From an uncultured Lentisphaeria bacterium (GTDB lineage Bacteria; Verrucomicrobiota; Lentisphaeria; Victivallales; UBA1829): a stretch of DNA of 64,000 nt. The stretch is taken from positions 15,465 through 79,464 of the forward strand of contig CAJKAR010000014.1 of assembly GCA_905197955.1 (NCBI GenBank), read 5' to 3'. The translations under genes were made by a program, and so were the position numbers. Shown in pieces: positions 26,872 through 36,800 of this stretch. The notes below the pieces were generated by a model, which saw only the letters and a program-made list of their open reading frames with translations, did no database searches and had not been told where the DNA came from. How positions within the stretch are numbered: position 1 is the first letter of the stretch; each line of letters opens with the position of its first letter.

Positions 26872-27708
26872 TCATTTTATGGAATGGAGCATATATTTTT
26901 TCCGATATTCTCGTGGAGCTTCGCAATCCGGATAACTTTTGAAGAAGCGGCAGAAGGAACTTTTGTCAGGGAATCCGCAACGGATTCCAATCTCTCCAAT
27001 GGAAAGATCGGTCTCTGTCAGCAGCTGTCGAGCTCTGGAATGGCGGCAATTCCGGATGTATTCACTGGGGGAAATGTGCACCTTCTCCATGAATTTCTGT
27101 GAAAATGTGGAACGATTCAGAGAGATTTCAGAACAGACATTGTTGACATTCAGGTTATTATTTGACAAATTGTTGTTGATATATTCTATCGCGTGTTCAA
27201 TAGAGTTTTGTGCAATGGAGTGCTGTTTCTCCAGAGACTCTCCGATATATTCAAAAAGGGAAAAAATTAAAAACGATGCCTTGCGTACAGAAAGGGGATC
27301 ATCGTGAGGAATCAGCTTCAATAACTGATGGTGAATATCATAAGGAAAACCGTTTTTCAAGTGGAGCAGACGGGGAAAACAGTAACTTGCAAAAATGGAC
27401 ATGGCAAGAGGTCCATCAATATTAATCCATGCGTTCTGACAGTCTTCTGTTTCTGGTTTGAAGCGATGTTTTTCGCCTGGATAATAGAAAATTACGTCTC
27501 CTTCCCGCATGGGAAAAGGTTCTTGAAAAAGAAAGGCCGTTCCAGAGCCTTTGACACAAAATGTCATGCCGATATAATCGGAAAGCAGGGGCGAGACCCC
27601 TCCATCGCATTCCTGGCTGCTGATGTGTTTTCCGACACTTCTCACATACAGAGGAAGCGGGATGTGAAGGGGTACTTTTTTTAATGGGCGTGAAGCAGAT
27701 TCATGCAT
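26872..27708 (-). CDS. AraC-family transcriptional regulator (cupin sensor + HTH)
   Basis: The C-terminal dual HTH reads ...STFSQKFMEKVHISPSEYIRNCRHSRARQLLTETDLSIGEIGIRCGFPDKSSFCRFFK. It is divergent from the 27823 operon. Confidence 0.85.
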   Translation of the reverse strand: MHESASRPLKKVPLHIPLPLYVRSVGKHISSQECDGGVSPLLSDYIGMTFCVKGSGTAFLFQEPFPMREGDVIFYYPGEKHRFKPETEDCQNAWINIDGPLAMSIFASYCFPRLLHLKNGFPYDIHHQLLKLIPHDDPLSVRKASFLIFSLFEYIGESLEKQHSIAQNSIEHAIEYINNNLSNNNLNVNNVCSEISLNRSTFSQKFMEKVHISPSEYIRNCRHSRARQLLTETDLSIGEIGIRCGFPDKSSFCRFFKSYPDCEAPREYRKKYMLHSIK

Positions 27709-27750
27709 TTTATTTCTTTCAAAAAGATAATTTTTACAACAATTTGTCTA

Positions 27751-27778
27751 TTGCTTTTTAGGGGAAATATATTATAAT
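27751..27778 (+). promoter_or_regulatory. Candidate sigma70 promoter of the 27823 operon
   Basis: TTGCTT, 16 nt, TATAAT, 45 nt upstream of ATG 27823. Confidence 0.35.
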
Positions 27779-27822
27779 TTCAGGAAAAAGCAACTAAGAA
27801 TAATCATAACAAGGATTTTTTT

Positions 27823-28605
27823 ATGAACGACTTCTCTTGCAGAAATAGAAAAGAAGAGTGCCCGTTGTTCCGGAAGTTTTTAAAATTCACAATTATAGAA
27901 TTACTTGTCGTTATCAGTATTATTGCAATTTTAGCTTCTATGCTGATTCCTGCATTGAACAAGGCTCGGGAATCAGCACGGTCCATCACATGTGTCGGGA
28001 ATTTGAAGCAGTGCGTTCAGGCGCAGTTCATGTATGCTGATACATACAAGGTCATTATTGGGAAAAGCAAGGCAAACTGGTCGTGGGCGAGGTTGTTTGT
28101 TCAGGAAAAACTGTTGCCGTATGGTCCTGTAATGCAATGTCCTGTCCGACCGCTCGGAACGGAATTCCGCTTTTCCAAAGACCAGAAGCCGGAGGCATGG
28201 GAATATGATTATTCTTATGGAGTTTACAATTCATGGGTGGAACAGAATCGCTATGATCAGACACATGTAATTCCTCGACTGGGGAATTTTATCAATAGAA
28301 ACAGCGTTGAACGATTTCTTTATCCTGATAGAATGAAGCGTCCGTCCGCCACGATTATCATGGGGGATTCCCGCAAGAAAGATTCCTCTGGGGTTTCCGA
28401 GTGTTACTCCTTTGTTTACAGCAATATGGATACAAATCATGCCCATCTCTGGCTTGGACACCTGAACAGGGCAAATTGTGTTTATGGAGATGGTCATATA
28501 GCAAGTTTAGATAGAAGATCGCTGGCATCTCAGGCTGTCCCGGTCCTGGTTGTCTCTCTTGTTGACGGATCCCTTCTTCAAATTGCCGTAGCAGACGCCG
28601 AATGA
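27823..28605 (+). CDS. Prepilin-type N-terminal cleavage/methylation domain protein, H-X9-DG family
   Basis: KFTIIELLVVISIIAILASMLIPALNKARE; the H-X9-DG motif is HLNRANCVYGDG. Confidence 0.85.
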   Translation: MNDFSCRNRKEECPLFRKFLKFTIIELLVVISIIAILASMLIPALNKARESARSITCVGNLKQCVQAQFMYADTYKVIIGKSKANWSWARLFVQEKLLPYGPVMQCPVRPLGTEFRFSKDQKPEAWEYDYSYGVYNSWVEQNRYDQTHVIPRLGNFINRNSVERFLYPDRMKRPSATIIMGDSRKKDSSGVSECYSFVYSNMDTNHAHLWLGHLNRANCVYGDGHIASLDRRSLASQAVPVLVVSLVDGSLLQIAVADAE

Positions 28606-31556
28606 GGGACCGTATGAAATTCTATTTACAGGCATTTATTTTCGTCATTCTGGCAAATGGATTTGTTCTGGCGGATTCCGGGGCTGAATGGAAGCAGTTT
28701 TCTCCGGCCGCAGATATCCGGAACTGGAAGGTTTACAACGGAAGCGAATTCCCAGGAGCAAAAGGAAAACTCTCGGAAGAGAAGAACGGAGGCTTACTGC
28801 TTTCCGGGAAATTCGAAGGACGCAGTGTTTACGTAGCGGCGGCACTCAAATTACGAATCTCGGATCCGAAAACCAGAATAAAAGTTACCGCGGTTACCGA
28901 TTGCCGGATTGCTCTCCGCTGCCAGGATCAAAAAGGACATTTCTGGCAAACTGCGACAACCCCTTTGAAAGCGAATGAAACATATACTCTTCTTCTTTCC
29001 CCGGATCAGCACTGGCCGATCTGCTGGGGAGGTGCGGAAAAGGGAAAACAGCCGATTTTTCCCTATCGAAGCATTCAAATCAATGCCATGAGGATTCCAA
29101 AAGCATCGGAATTGAAATTGTGCATTGATGAAGTGCAGATTCCGCAAGCTCCCGTTTCTCTGGAACCGATCTTTCTGCCTGTACAGGTTTTAAACAACTC
29201 CAAACAACCTTCTCCAAAACTTGTTTTGCGTAACAATTCCACGCAAGAGCTCCGGCTTTCAGGTGAAATTCAGGTGATGGCGTATGATGAATCAAGACAA
29301 ACTTTAAATGTGAGTCAGGATCTTCCCAGGGGCGGAAAGAGAGAGATTGAACTTCCCATTCCGGAAAATGTACAGGGATCATGGCGCGTTTTCTGGAAGC
29401 TTGAGGATTGCAAAGCGGGTATCGTCTTCAGAGGAGAAGACCGCTTTTCCCGAATGATTCCTGCTGGAGTCCGGAAGGTTCACTCTCGTCCGGAGTTTTT
29501 GTTCGGAATCGCGGCGCATCCGGAGCACTATCCCCTTGGGGAACGGGTAAAAATGGCAGAAGCTGCAGCTCTCTGTGGTGCTCATCTGATCCGGACGGAT
29601 GCCCGCTGGACGTATCATATTCAGCCGAAACCGAATCTTTGGGATTATAGAATATTGGATTCTGTTGTTGATATTTTTTCCGGAAAAGGTCTCGGAATCC
29701 AGTTGATTCTTGCGGGCTGTCCAAACTGGGCTGTCGCGAAGAACTGGATTCCGAAAAAGTCCGCGGTAAAACAACCGACCAGAGGTCGCCGTCCAGATTA
29801 TGACGCATGGAGAAAATTCGTTCGGAAGACCGTTCATCGTTATGCCGACAGAATTTCTCTGTACGAGGTTTGGAACGAACCGGATATTATCAGTTTTGCG
29901 AATTTTTCAACGGAAGATTACATGCGGCTTCTGGAGATCGCTTTTCGGGAGATTAAAGCGATCTCTCCGAATCTGAAAGTGATCAGTGGAGGGCTTTCCG
30001 GTTACCAGCCTGGCAGAGAAGACCTTTTTCAGCAGATTGCAAAGAGTTCCAGTTGTGATATCTTTGCGTTTCATGGCCACGGCTTTCCGGAAAATTATCT
30101 GCAACAGATCAAAGAACTGAAAAGAATTCTTACAATTTATCCGAAACCATGGTATTCGAATGAAACGGCCATCTCCTCTCTTTCCTGCGGGGAATATCAG
30201 CAGGCGATCGTTCTATTTCAGAAACTTTTCGCTGCATGGGAAAATGGTTCGATCGGATATACCTGGTATAATCTCAGGGAAAAGGGGGTCAATCCAAAAG
30301 ACAGTGAACATCATTATGGTATGATCACCTATGATTTCAAGGCAAAACCGGTTTATCTGACCTTTAATATGCTGACCACTCTTTTCCGAGGGGCTCAATT
30401 CGAGGGACGTTTTCCGCTTTCTTCAGAGGTGACTTCATACTGTTTTCGTGCGGCAAACGGCGACTGGCTCTATCCGATCTGGCAGGCTGGGGCTGTCTCG
30501 GAAGCTCTTTATGGTGTCGGCGGAATTTCTCAGAACAATGCAGAAGTGATAGATCTGGTCGGAAATCGTCATCCGGTTCCGGTTACGGCGGGCATGGCTG
30601 TCATCAGATCCTCCACAGAACCGCAGGTTTTGAGAATTCCTGCGCAATCCGGAAGACCCATTCCTTGGGGTAAGCTTTTTTCCGGTCCGGCGGTTTTGAG
30701 TGTGAGTCCGGAAGGGGAATCGACATGGGATTTTTCGATTCGGAATCCGTCAAAAAAAGCATTGCATTGGAATTTTGCTGCGGAATTGCCAGAATCTGTT
30801 TCTGTATTTTCATGGCCTTCTGAAATTAAGATCTCTCCCGGAGAGGAGAAGACTTTCCGCGTTCGGGCTCGAATGGCTTCCGGGTTTGCGGATCGAAAGG
30901 CTGTCATCCTGAAAGTTGGTGATGAAACATTGCATTTTCCTCTTCAAAGCAGGATTCAAATTCCCTGGAAAACGTTTCCTGAAACGGCTCAGTTTCAGCT
31001 CCGTCATGCGGAGCAGGTCGTTCCCCTGGTGGAGCATGAGCCCCGGAATGCTCATCTGTTCTGGTACGGACCGGGGGACCTCAGTGCTGAAGTCCGGCTT
31101 GCACGGGATTCCGACAAACTGAAATTGCGAATTGATGTCACAGATGATCGTCATGTGGTGAAAGATTTTAATGAATCCGCATGGAAAAGCGACAGCGTTC
31201 AATTCGCGATTGCTCTGAACTCTCAAAAAACTCCATGGAAAATCGGATTATCTCATATAAACGCTGGAAAATCCGCGGTTTTTATCTGGTCGGCACCGGA
31301 TGGGTTCAATGCGAAGAATACCGCAGAAAAAATTCATCTCAGAAGTTCACGGAATGAAAAAACAAAACAAACGGTTTATGAAGCAGAGATTCCTTTCCCG
31401 GCAATCGGTCTGAATCCGCAGAAGGCAGATAGCTTCCGCTTTAACTTGCTGGTAAATGATAACGATGGTGAGATCAGAGAATCCTACATCGCGATTGCTC
31501 CGGGTTTGGGCAATCGGCTGAATGCGGAAAATTATCCGACAGTCCATCTGAAGTGA
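28602..31556 (+). CDS. Large secreted glycoside-hydrolase-like protein (clan GH-A TIM barrel) with C-terminal CBM9/DOMON-like domain
   Basis: Signal-like FYLQAFIFVILANGFVLADSG; LYEVWNEPDI (NEP acid/base strand); the C-terminal ...WKSDSVQFAIAL...FNLLVNDNDGEIRES. The start overlaps the upstream stop (ATGA); ATG 28614 is an alternative. Confidence 0.65.
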   Translation: MRDRMKFYLQAFIFVILANGFVLADSGAEWKQFSPAADIRNWKVYNGSEFPGAKGKLSEEKNGGLLLSGKFEGRSVYVAAALKLRISDPKTRIKVTAVTDCRIALRCQDQKGHFWQTATTPLKANETYTLLLSPDQHWPICWGGAEKGKQPIFPYRSIQINAMRIPKASELKLCIDEVQIPQAPVSLEPIFLPVQVLNNSKQPSPKLVLRNNSTQELRLSGEIQVMAYDESRQTLNVSQDLPRGGKREIELPIPENVQGSWRVFWKLEDCKAGIVFRGEDRFSRMIPAGVRKVHSRPEFLFGIAAHPEHYPLGERVKMAEAAALCGAHLIRTDARWTYHIQPKPNLWDYRILDSVVDIFSGKGLGIQLILAGCPNWAVAKNWIPKKSAVKQPTRGRRPDYDAWRKFVRKTVHRYADRISLYEVWNEPDIISFANFSTEDYMRLLEIAFREIKAISPNLKVISGGLSGYQPGREDLFQQIAKSSSCDIFAFHGHGFPENYLQQIKELKRILTIYPKPWYSNETAISSLSCGEYQQAIVLFQKLFAAWENGSIGYTWYNLREKGVNPKDSEHHYGMITYDFKAKPVYLTFNMLTTLFRGAQFEGRFPLSSEVTSYCFRAANGDWLYPIWQAGAVSEALYGVGGISQNNAEVIDLVGNRHPVPVTAGMAVIRSSTEPQVLRIPAQSGRPIPWGKLFSGPAVLSVSPEGESTWDFSIRNPSKKALHWNFAAELPESVSVFSWPSEIKISPGEEKTFRVRARMASGFADRKAVILKVGDETLHFPLQSRIQIPWKTFPETAQFQLRHAEQVVPLVEHEPRNAHLFWYGPGDLSAEVRLARDSDKLKLRIDVTDDRHVVKDFNESAWKSDSVQFAIALNSQKTPWKIGLSHINAGKSAVFIWSAPDGFNAKNTAEKIHLRSSRNEKTKQTVYEAEIPFPAIGLNPQKADSFRFNLLVNDNDGEIRESYIAIAPGLGNRLNAENYPTVHLK

Positions 31557-31907
31557 ATGTCTGTTATCCTTGATCGAAAGCCAGGATCGGCGTGTATCTT
31601 TCTGCTGTCCGCAGAAAGAATCGCCGGCCGGGAGAACTCCCCCCTTAAAAAGTTTACCATGTTTCCTCAGGCTGCATATTTGCAATGGTCAGGTATGATC
31701 AGGTTATGCTTTGAGCAGAAATTTACGGAATAACAGCTCGTATTATTTCTATTTTCTTCAGGGAATCTTCCTTCAAATCATGGATTAGATCGGATTACAT
31801 ACGGGAGTACGCGGAAGCGCTCGTCTGACCGGATCGTGGCAAGGTTGAAGAGCTGATTCTTTGCATGATAAAACCAGTATTCTTTTTCTGAGCCTGAAAA
31901 AAGGGGG

Positions 31908-31935
31908 TTGACAAAATAAAAAAATCTGCTATAAT
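31908..31935 (+). promoter_or_regulatory. Near-consensus extended -10 sigma70 promoter (TTGACA-16-TGcTATAAT)
   Basis: TTGACA is at 31908-31913 and TGCTATAAT ends at 31935. Only 7 nt separate the -10 from ATG 31943. Confidence 0.6.
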
Positions 31936-31942
31936 TTAATTA

Positions 31943-33004
31943 ATGTATAATTTTTTAGACATTAATCTGTCGAAAAATGAAAGCTCTGCAATGGGAGAGA
32001 AAAAACAAGTTCTCCGGACAGAACCTGTCAAACAGTATCTGATCCAATGCTCTATGAAAGCGGGATCGGAGCAGGTACGTTTGATGGAAGAGATGGAACT
32101 TTGCCGGAAGTTCGGCGTTTCCCGTGGGACGGTGCGTCAGGCGATAGAAGAGACGATTCGTCTGGGTTATGCAACCCGTCTTCCGAAACGTCGCGGACTT
32201 TTTTCTCTTCCCGGTAACAGCCGGATTCCGGAGAAATGCCGGATGATAGCGCTTCTGTATGATAATCAGACCTTCTTTGTTTTGACTCGGCATGATGCGG
32301 CAATGGTTTCCGCTTTTTTCGAAGAATTGACTCAATATCCATGTAATTTCTGTGTTCCCAGAATGAATGAATTTACAGAGGAATCCATCTTGGGATTGGA
32401 AATGGACGGTCTGGTCTGGTTCCATCCTCCCAAAGAGAATGCGCCGCTGATCCGTCAGCTGATCGGCCGGGGATATCCGATTGTCGCAGTGCCTTTTTTC
32501 TATTCCGATTCATTTGATACTGATCCGGATCATTATCTTTATGTGGACTATCTGGGGGCGGCGAAAAAGCGGGCGGAAGTATTTGCCTGGAACAATTGCC
32601 GCAACCTGCTGATCTGCGGCGGAAGTTCTCCTTCCATCATCTTGCTGGAAAAGGAGTTCCGGAAGACTCCGCTGGCGGAAAATGTTTTCATCTCCGATGG
32701 AACTCCCTCTTCCCTGCAGACCATTCTGCGGAATGAAAATATTGACGCCATCTTTTCCTTTGGCGGAATTGATATTTATCAGACCGTCTTTCAAGTGGTC
32801 CGGAGCCTTCCGGATCCGCGGAAAATTCTGATTCAGATCGATCCGGGCTTTCTGGAGGATTCCCTGATTAAAAAAAATCCCGATTTGCATATCGTGAACG
32901 GGGATTTCACTGATCTTCACATTGCTCGTGCACGAGATGTCGGGAAAGAAGCCGCACTTCGATTAAAAAAAAATTTGAAAAACAAAGAGGTGAGAAAAGG
33001 ATGA
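31943..33004 (+). CDS. Transcriptional regulator, GntR-type HTH + PBP/LacI-type sugar-binding domain
   Basis: [37 protein letters not shown] is a GntR HTH. It is a paralogue of 19005..20120. The start is ATG 31943 (leaderless?) or ATG 31991. Confidence 0.7.
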   Translation: MYNFLDINLSKNESSAMGEKKQVLRTEPVKQYLIQCSMKAGSEQVRLMEEMELCRKFGVSRGTVRQAIEETIRLGYATRLPKRRGLFSLPGNSRIPEKCRMIALLYDNQTFFVLTRHDAAMVSAFFEELTQYPCNFCVPRMNEFTEESILGLEMDGLVWFHPPKENAPLIRQLIGRGYPIVAVPFFYSDSFDTDPDHYLYVDYLGAAKKRAEVFAWNNCRNLLICGGSSPSIILLEKEFRKTPLAENVFISDGTPSSLQTILRNENIDAIFSFGGIDIYQTVFQVVRSLPDPRKILIQIDPGFLEDSLIKKNPDLHIVNGDFTDLHIARARDVGKEAALRLKKNLKNKEVRKG

Positions 33005-33837
33005 GTCGCCGGAGTTCAAGTTTTACACTAATAGAACTTTTAGTTGTGATTGCAATTATTGCAATTCTCTCTTCTATTCTGCTTCCGTCCCTGAATTCTG
33101 CGCTTCGGAAAGCTCTGGCCGTCAACTGTACATCCAATTTAAAAGCAATCGGGAGTGCTGAGCACATGTATATCGGTGATTACGAGTATGTGGTTCCTTA
33201 CAATTACAAGCCGCGGGAAAACGGAGTCGTTTCTCCAGAAATTCCGTTTACCAATGCTTTGAATGGTGGAATCGGAACCCGAAGGAATGCTGGTCCCTAC
33301 GGAGTTTATTTTGAGCATGGAATCGGAAAGGGTGGAACTTATAAATGTCCGGCGGAAAAACGGGAACCAAACTTTGGCCCGGCGAATATATGGCCCCATG
33401 GTCACTATGGCGCCAATACCTATCTGCATGCCAATCTGACGGGTTCCAGTGAGGAGGATTGGGCGGCAATGAAAACAAAGTTCCGGAAAAGCAGTTTTTC
33501 TCTTCAGCCGGGCAGCACAATCAGTTTCGGAGATGCCGGACTGCTTTACATGAATGGGGTTCTTCAGTCCAATCCTGTGAGGGATGCGATTTCGACGATT
33601 TCCTATTTCAACTATCGTCACGGAATCGGTGATTCCCGCGAAATGAGTGCGAAAAGTCTTGGAAATGAAAGCATGCCTCCAGGTATGTTCCCGAAAGGAA
33701 GCGTCACCATTCTCTATTTCGACGGTCATGCCGCTTCCCGGACTGCCGATTCTTTGTATTTCATTCCGGAACCATCCCTCTATTCGGGTACAAACCGGTA
33801 TTCATGGGCTCTTGTTCAAGGACTTCAGAAACAGTAA
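33001..33837 (+). CDS. Prepilin-type N-terminal cleavage/methylation domain protein (degenerate H-X9-DG family)
   Basis: [32 protein letters not shown]. The C-terminal ...[11 protein letters not shown] retains DGH but not the His. The ATG overlaps the regulator stop (ATGA). Confidence 0.8.
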   Translation: MSRRSSSFTLIELLVVIAIIAILSSILLPSLNSALRKALAVNCTSNLKAIGSAEHMYIGDYEYVVPYNYKPRENGVVSPEIPFTNALNGGIGTRRNAGPYGVYFEHGIGKGGTYKCPAEKREPNFGPANIWPHGHYGANTYLHANLTGSSEEDWAAMKTKFRKSSFSLQPGSTISFGDAGLLYMNGVLQSNPVRDAISTISYFNYRHGIGDSREMSAKSLGNESMPPGMFPKGSVTILYFDGHAASRTADSLYFIPEPSLYSGTNRYSWALVQGLQKQ

Positions 33838-33848
33838 AGGAGAGAAAG

Positions 33849-36800
33849 ATGGCTTTGTTGAAAATCTGCATGATGAGTGTTATGGCTCTTGTATTAGTCG
33901 GCGCTGTTTCCGGCGCTCAGGTCTGCCACTTTGACTCCCCCGGGGAGATCGGAAGTTTTCTGAAACGGAAGAATCCTGAAGCATTCTTTGAATCCGGAAC
34001 GAAAGCCGCGGGCGCAGGAGCGTTGAAGGCTTCCGGGTTTTCGCGCACTTTCCGGCCGGAAGAGAAGATTTCCAAAGTCACATTTTACATTTACGACGAT
34101 ACGTTTTCCGCAAGAAAGACGGAATTCAACACGCTTCAGATCCGATTTGCCCGAACCGACAACAGCAAGGAACGGATCTCTCTCTGGCAGTTGATCAAAG
34201 GAAAGTCCGGCTGGCAGCTGCGGTATACGGAAGCAAACGGAATCCGCCGTTTTTTCCGTCTGACCGAAGCGCCGTCTCATGGCGGCTGGCTCCGGGTGGA
34301 TATTGTCAAGAGTGCCGAGGGGAGGGCTCCCTGCGTCATTGCCCTTGATGGACACGAAATCGTCCGGACTTTTGAACCTTACGACCGGATCCATTCCGCC
34401 GGAGGTTCCGGTTTCCCCTTTTACGACGAGTTCTATGCCGGTCCGGAAAACACCTTCCGTCTCAATGCCGTAGCCGCGATTCTGCCGGACAATCGTTACG
34501 GCGCTGCTGCTTTGAAACCGGAGGAAAAACTTACTGTGAAACTCAAAGCCGGTCGCAAACTGGAACCGGGAGAATCCATTACGCTGAATCTTTTGAATGG
34601 ACGGGCGGAAGTGGTCCGGAGCGTCAAAGGCGTTCCGCCGGTTCGGAATGGGGAAATGACCATGGCCCTGAATTCGCCTCCGCGCTCGGGGTCCTATATT
34701 CTTGAAACACGGACGGGGCGGTCGGGGGAAGCGCCCGAAGTTACGCGCCGAAGCATTGAGATTCAATTTCTCAATCCGGAATTTCACTCTTCCGCGCAAT
34801 CGGCCCCGATCCGCCTTTCGGATGCCTGCTGGGATTTCCTTCCGCAGGGCTCGTTCAATCCGCGTATCCATCCTCTGACCCTTCAGGAGCCGGAAAAAGG
34901 GATTTTCCAGATGCCGGAGCAGGTCCCCGCAGACTGGAGTTCCGCGAAATCTATACGCGGAGAATGGATGAATCTGGCAGATCATTTTAAAATCGGACAG
35001 AGCTGGTATGCCGGCTGGTATCGCCAGAAAACGACACTGCCCAGGGCATGGCGGGGAAAAAGGATTCGTCTTTTAATAGATGTTCCGCAGACGGTTGCGG
35101 CGGTTTTTCTCAATGGCCGTCACGGAGGCGTTCTGGAGTGGCCCGGCGGAGTGCTGGATGTTACCGATGCGGTCCGTCCAGGCAAGGAAAATGAAATCGC
35201 CATTCATGTGCAGGCGAATCCTCTACACGGGTATTACAAGGTTGCCCGTGAGATTCTGGGAAGCAGTTTCCGCCCTCCGCTTCCCGCCTGGCGCGGACTG
35301 CCCGGAGACGTTGTGCTTTTCACGGAATCAAAGACGGGGTCTCTGGAACATGTTTCCATTCGCCCTTCGGTCCGGGAAAAACGGCTTGACGCAGTCTTTG
35401 ACTGTACCGGGCTGACACCCGGAAAGCGGTATACGCTCCGCTGTTCGGTTTCCGCCGCTGGAAAAACGGTTCGGAGCTTTTCCGACCGAACGTTTACTGC
35501 CGGAGAAGAGCAGGAGACAATCCGTCTCTCGACCGAATGGAAGAATCCCTTGTTCTGGGAACTCGGACGACCGTATCTCTATGATCTGGACGCCGTCCTG
35601 CTGAATGCGGATGGAACCGTTTCCGATACTCTTTGGCCGGAACGCTTCGGATTCCGGGAAGTGTGGACGGAGAATTCGCTGCTCTTTCTTAACGGACGGA
35701 AGTTGACTCTGTTTGACGACAACGGCATTATCGCTCCCGTTCCGGAATCGGTTTCCCTGCAGGAATCCTTCGGGTTTACAAGTTTTTATCATTATCTGGG
35801 GATTCGGGATGCAAGGCGTTTGGACGAGGCCGGACTCAGCAGCGGAAGGGATTACTCATTTCTTCCGATTGCCCGTATCGCAACACAGCTCGCGTCCGCG
35901 GGAAAGATCGGCGATTCCCGTTTCTGGAAGACAGCGGAATCCATCATCCGCCATCAGGTCCGGAGGCGTGAAAATCATCCGGCAATTTTTTTCCATTACG
36001 GACCCATGGGCGGCGGAATGGCGCGCAACGGCGGAGCATACAATCCGATGTTCCAGAATGGCACATGGTTTAACCGGAACGAGGGAAAAGAACCCTATGC
36101 ATCCATGATTTCCGCAGCTCGGAGAATCTATTCGCTTGTGCGGAAAAATGATCCGGGACGGCTTGTCGTAGCACAGGACTCCGGGAGTTTGAACGATACG
36201 ATGATGATTACCGAATACCGCGGTTTCCAGCCGCTTCAGGAGATGATCGAGATCGGAGCGTTCTGGCGGAAAATCGCCTCCAAGCCGTTTTTTATTTCCG
36301 AAGAGGCTGCGCCGTTTCAGGCGAACTGGACCGATGCATGTGCGCAGGGAAAAGGATGGAACGGGGTGCCCTGTCTTCATGAATGGGCGGCGATCACGGA
36401 CGGAGACAGCGCTATGATCCGCACCGAAAACGACAACCGGCAGCTTGCCTCTTTGGAACAGTCCGTCCGGACTCGGCGGGAAAAACTTCCGAAAAACGAT
36501 CGTTCGGGCTGGATGCGGATTCGGATGACCTCTTCTATGGGAAGTGGCGGACTGAACGCCCGTGCGGAAAAGATTACAGCGGATCGGACACGCACTCAGG
36601 TCTTCTTCTGGCGTGCGGATCATCTCGGACTTTTGAATTTCCAGTATATTCCCCGCTTCCCCGGCAGGAACGCTCTGATTGCAGAAGTCCAGGCTCCGGT
36701 TACCGGTTTTTTAGCGGGGACTTCAAAGAGTAAAACAGCGCAGGATCATATCTTCCGTCCCGGCGAGCAGTTCGATCGGATTGCGATTCTGCTGAACAAT

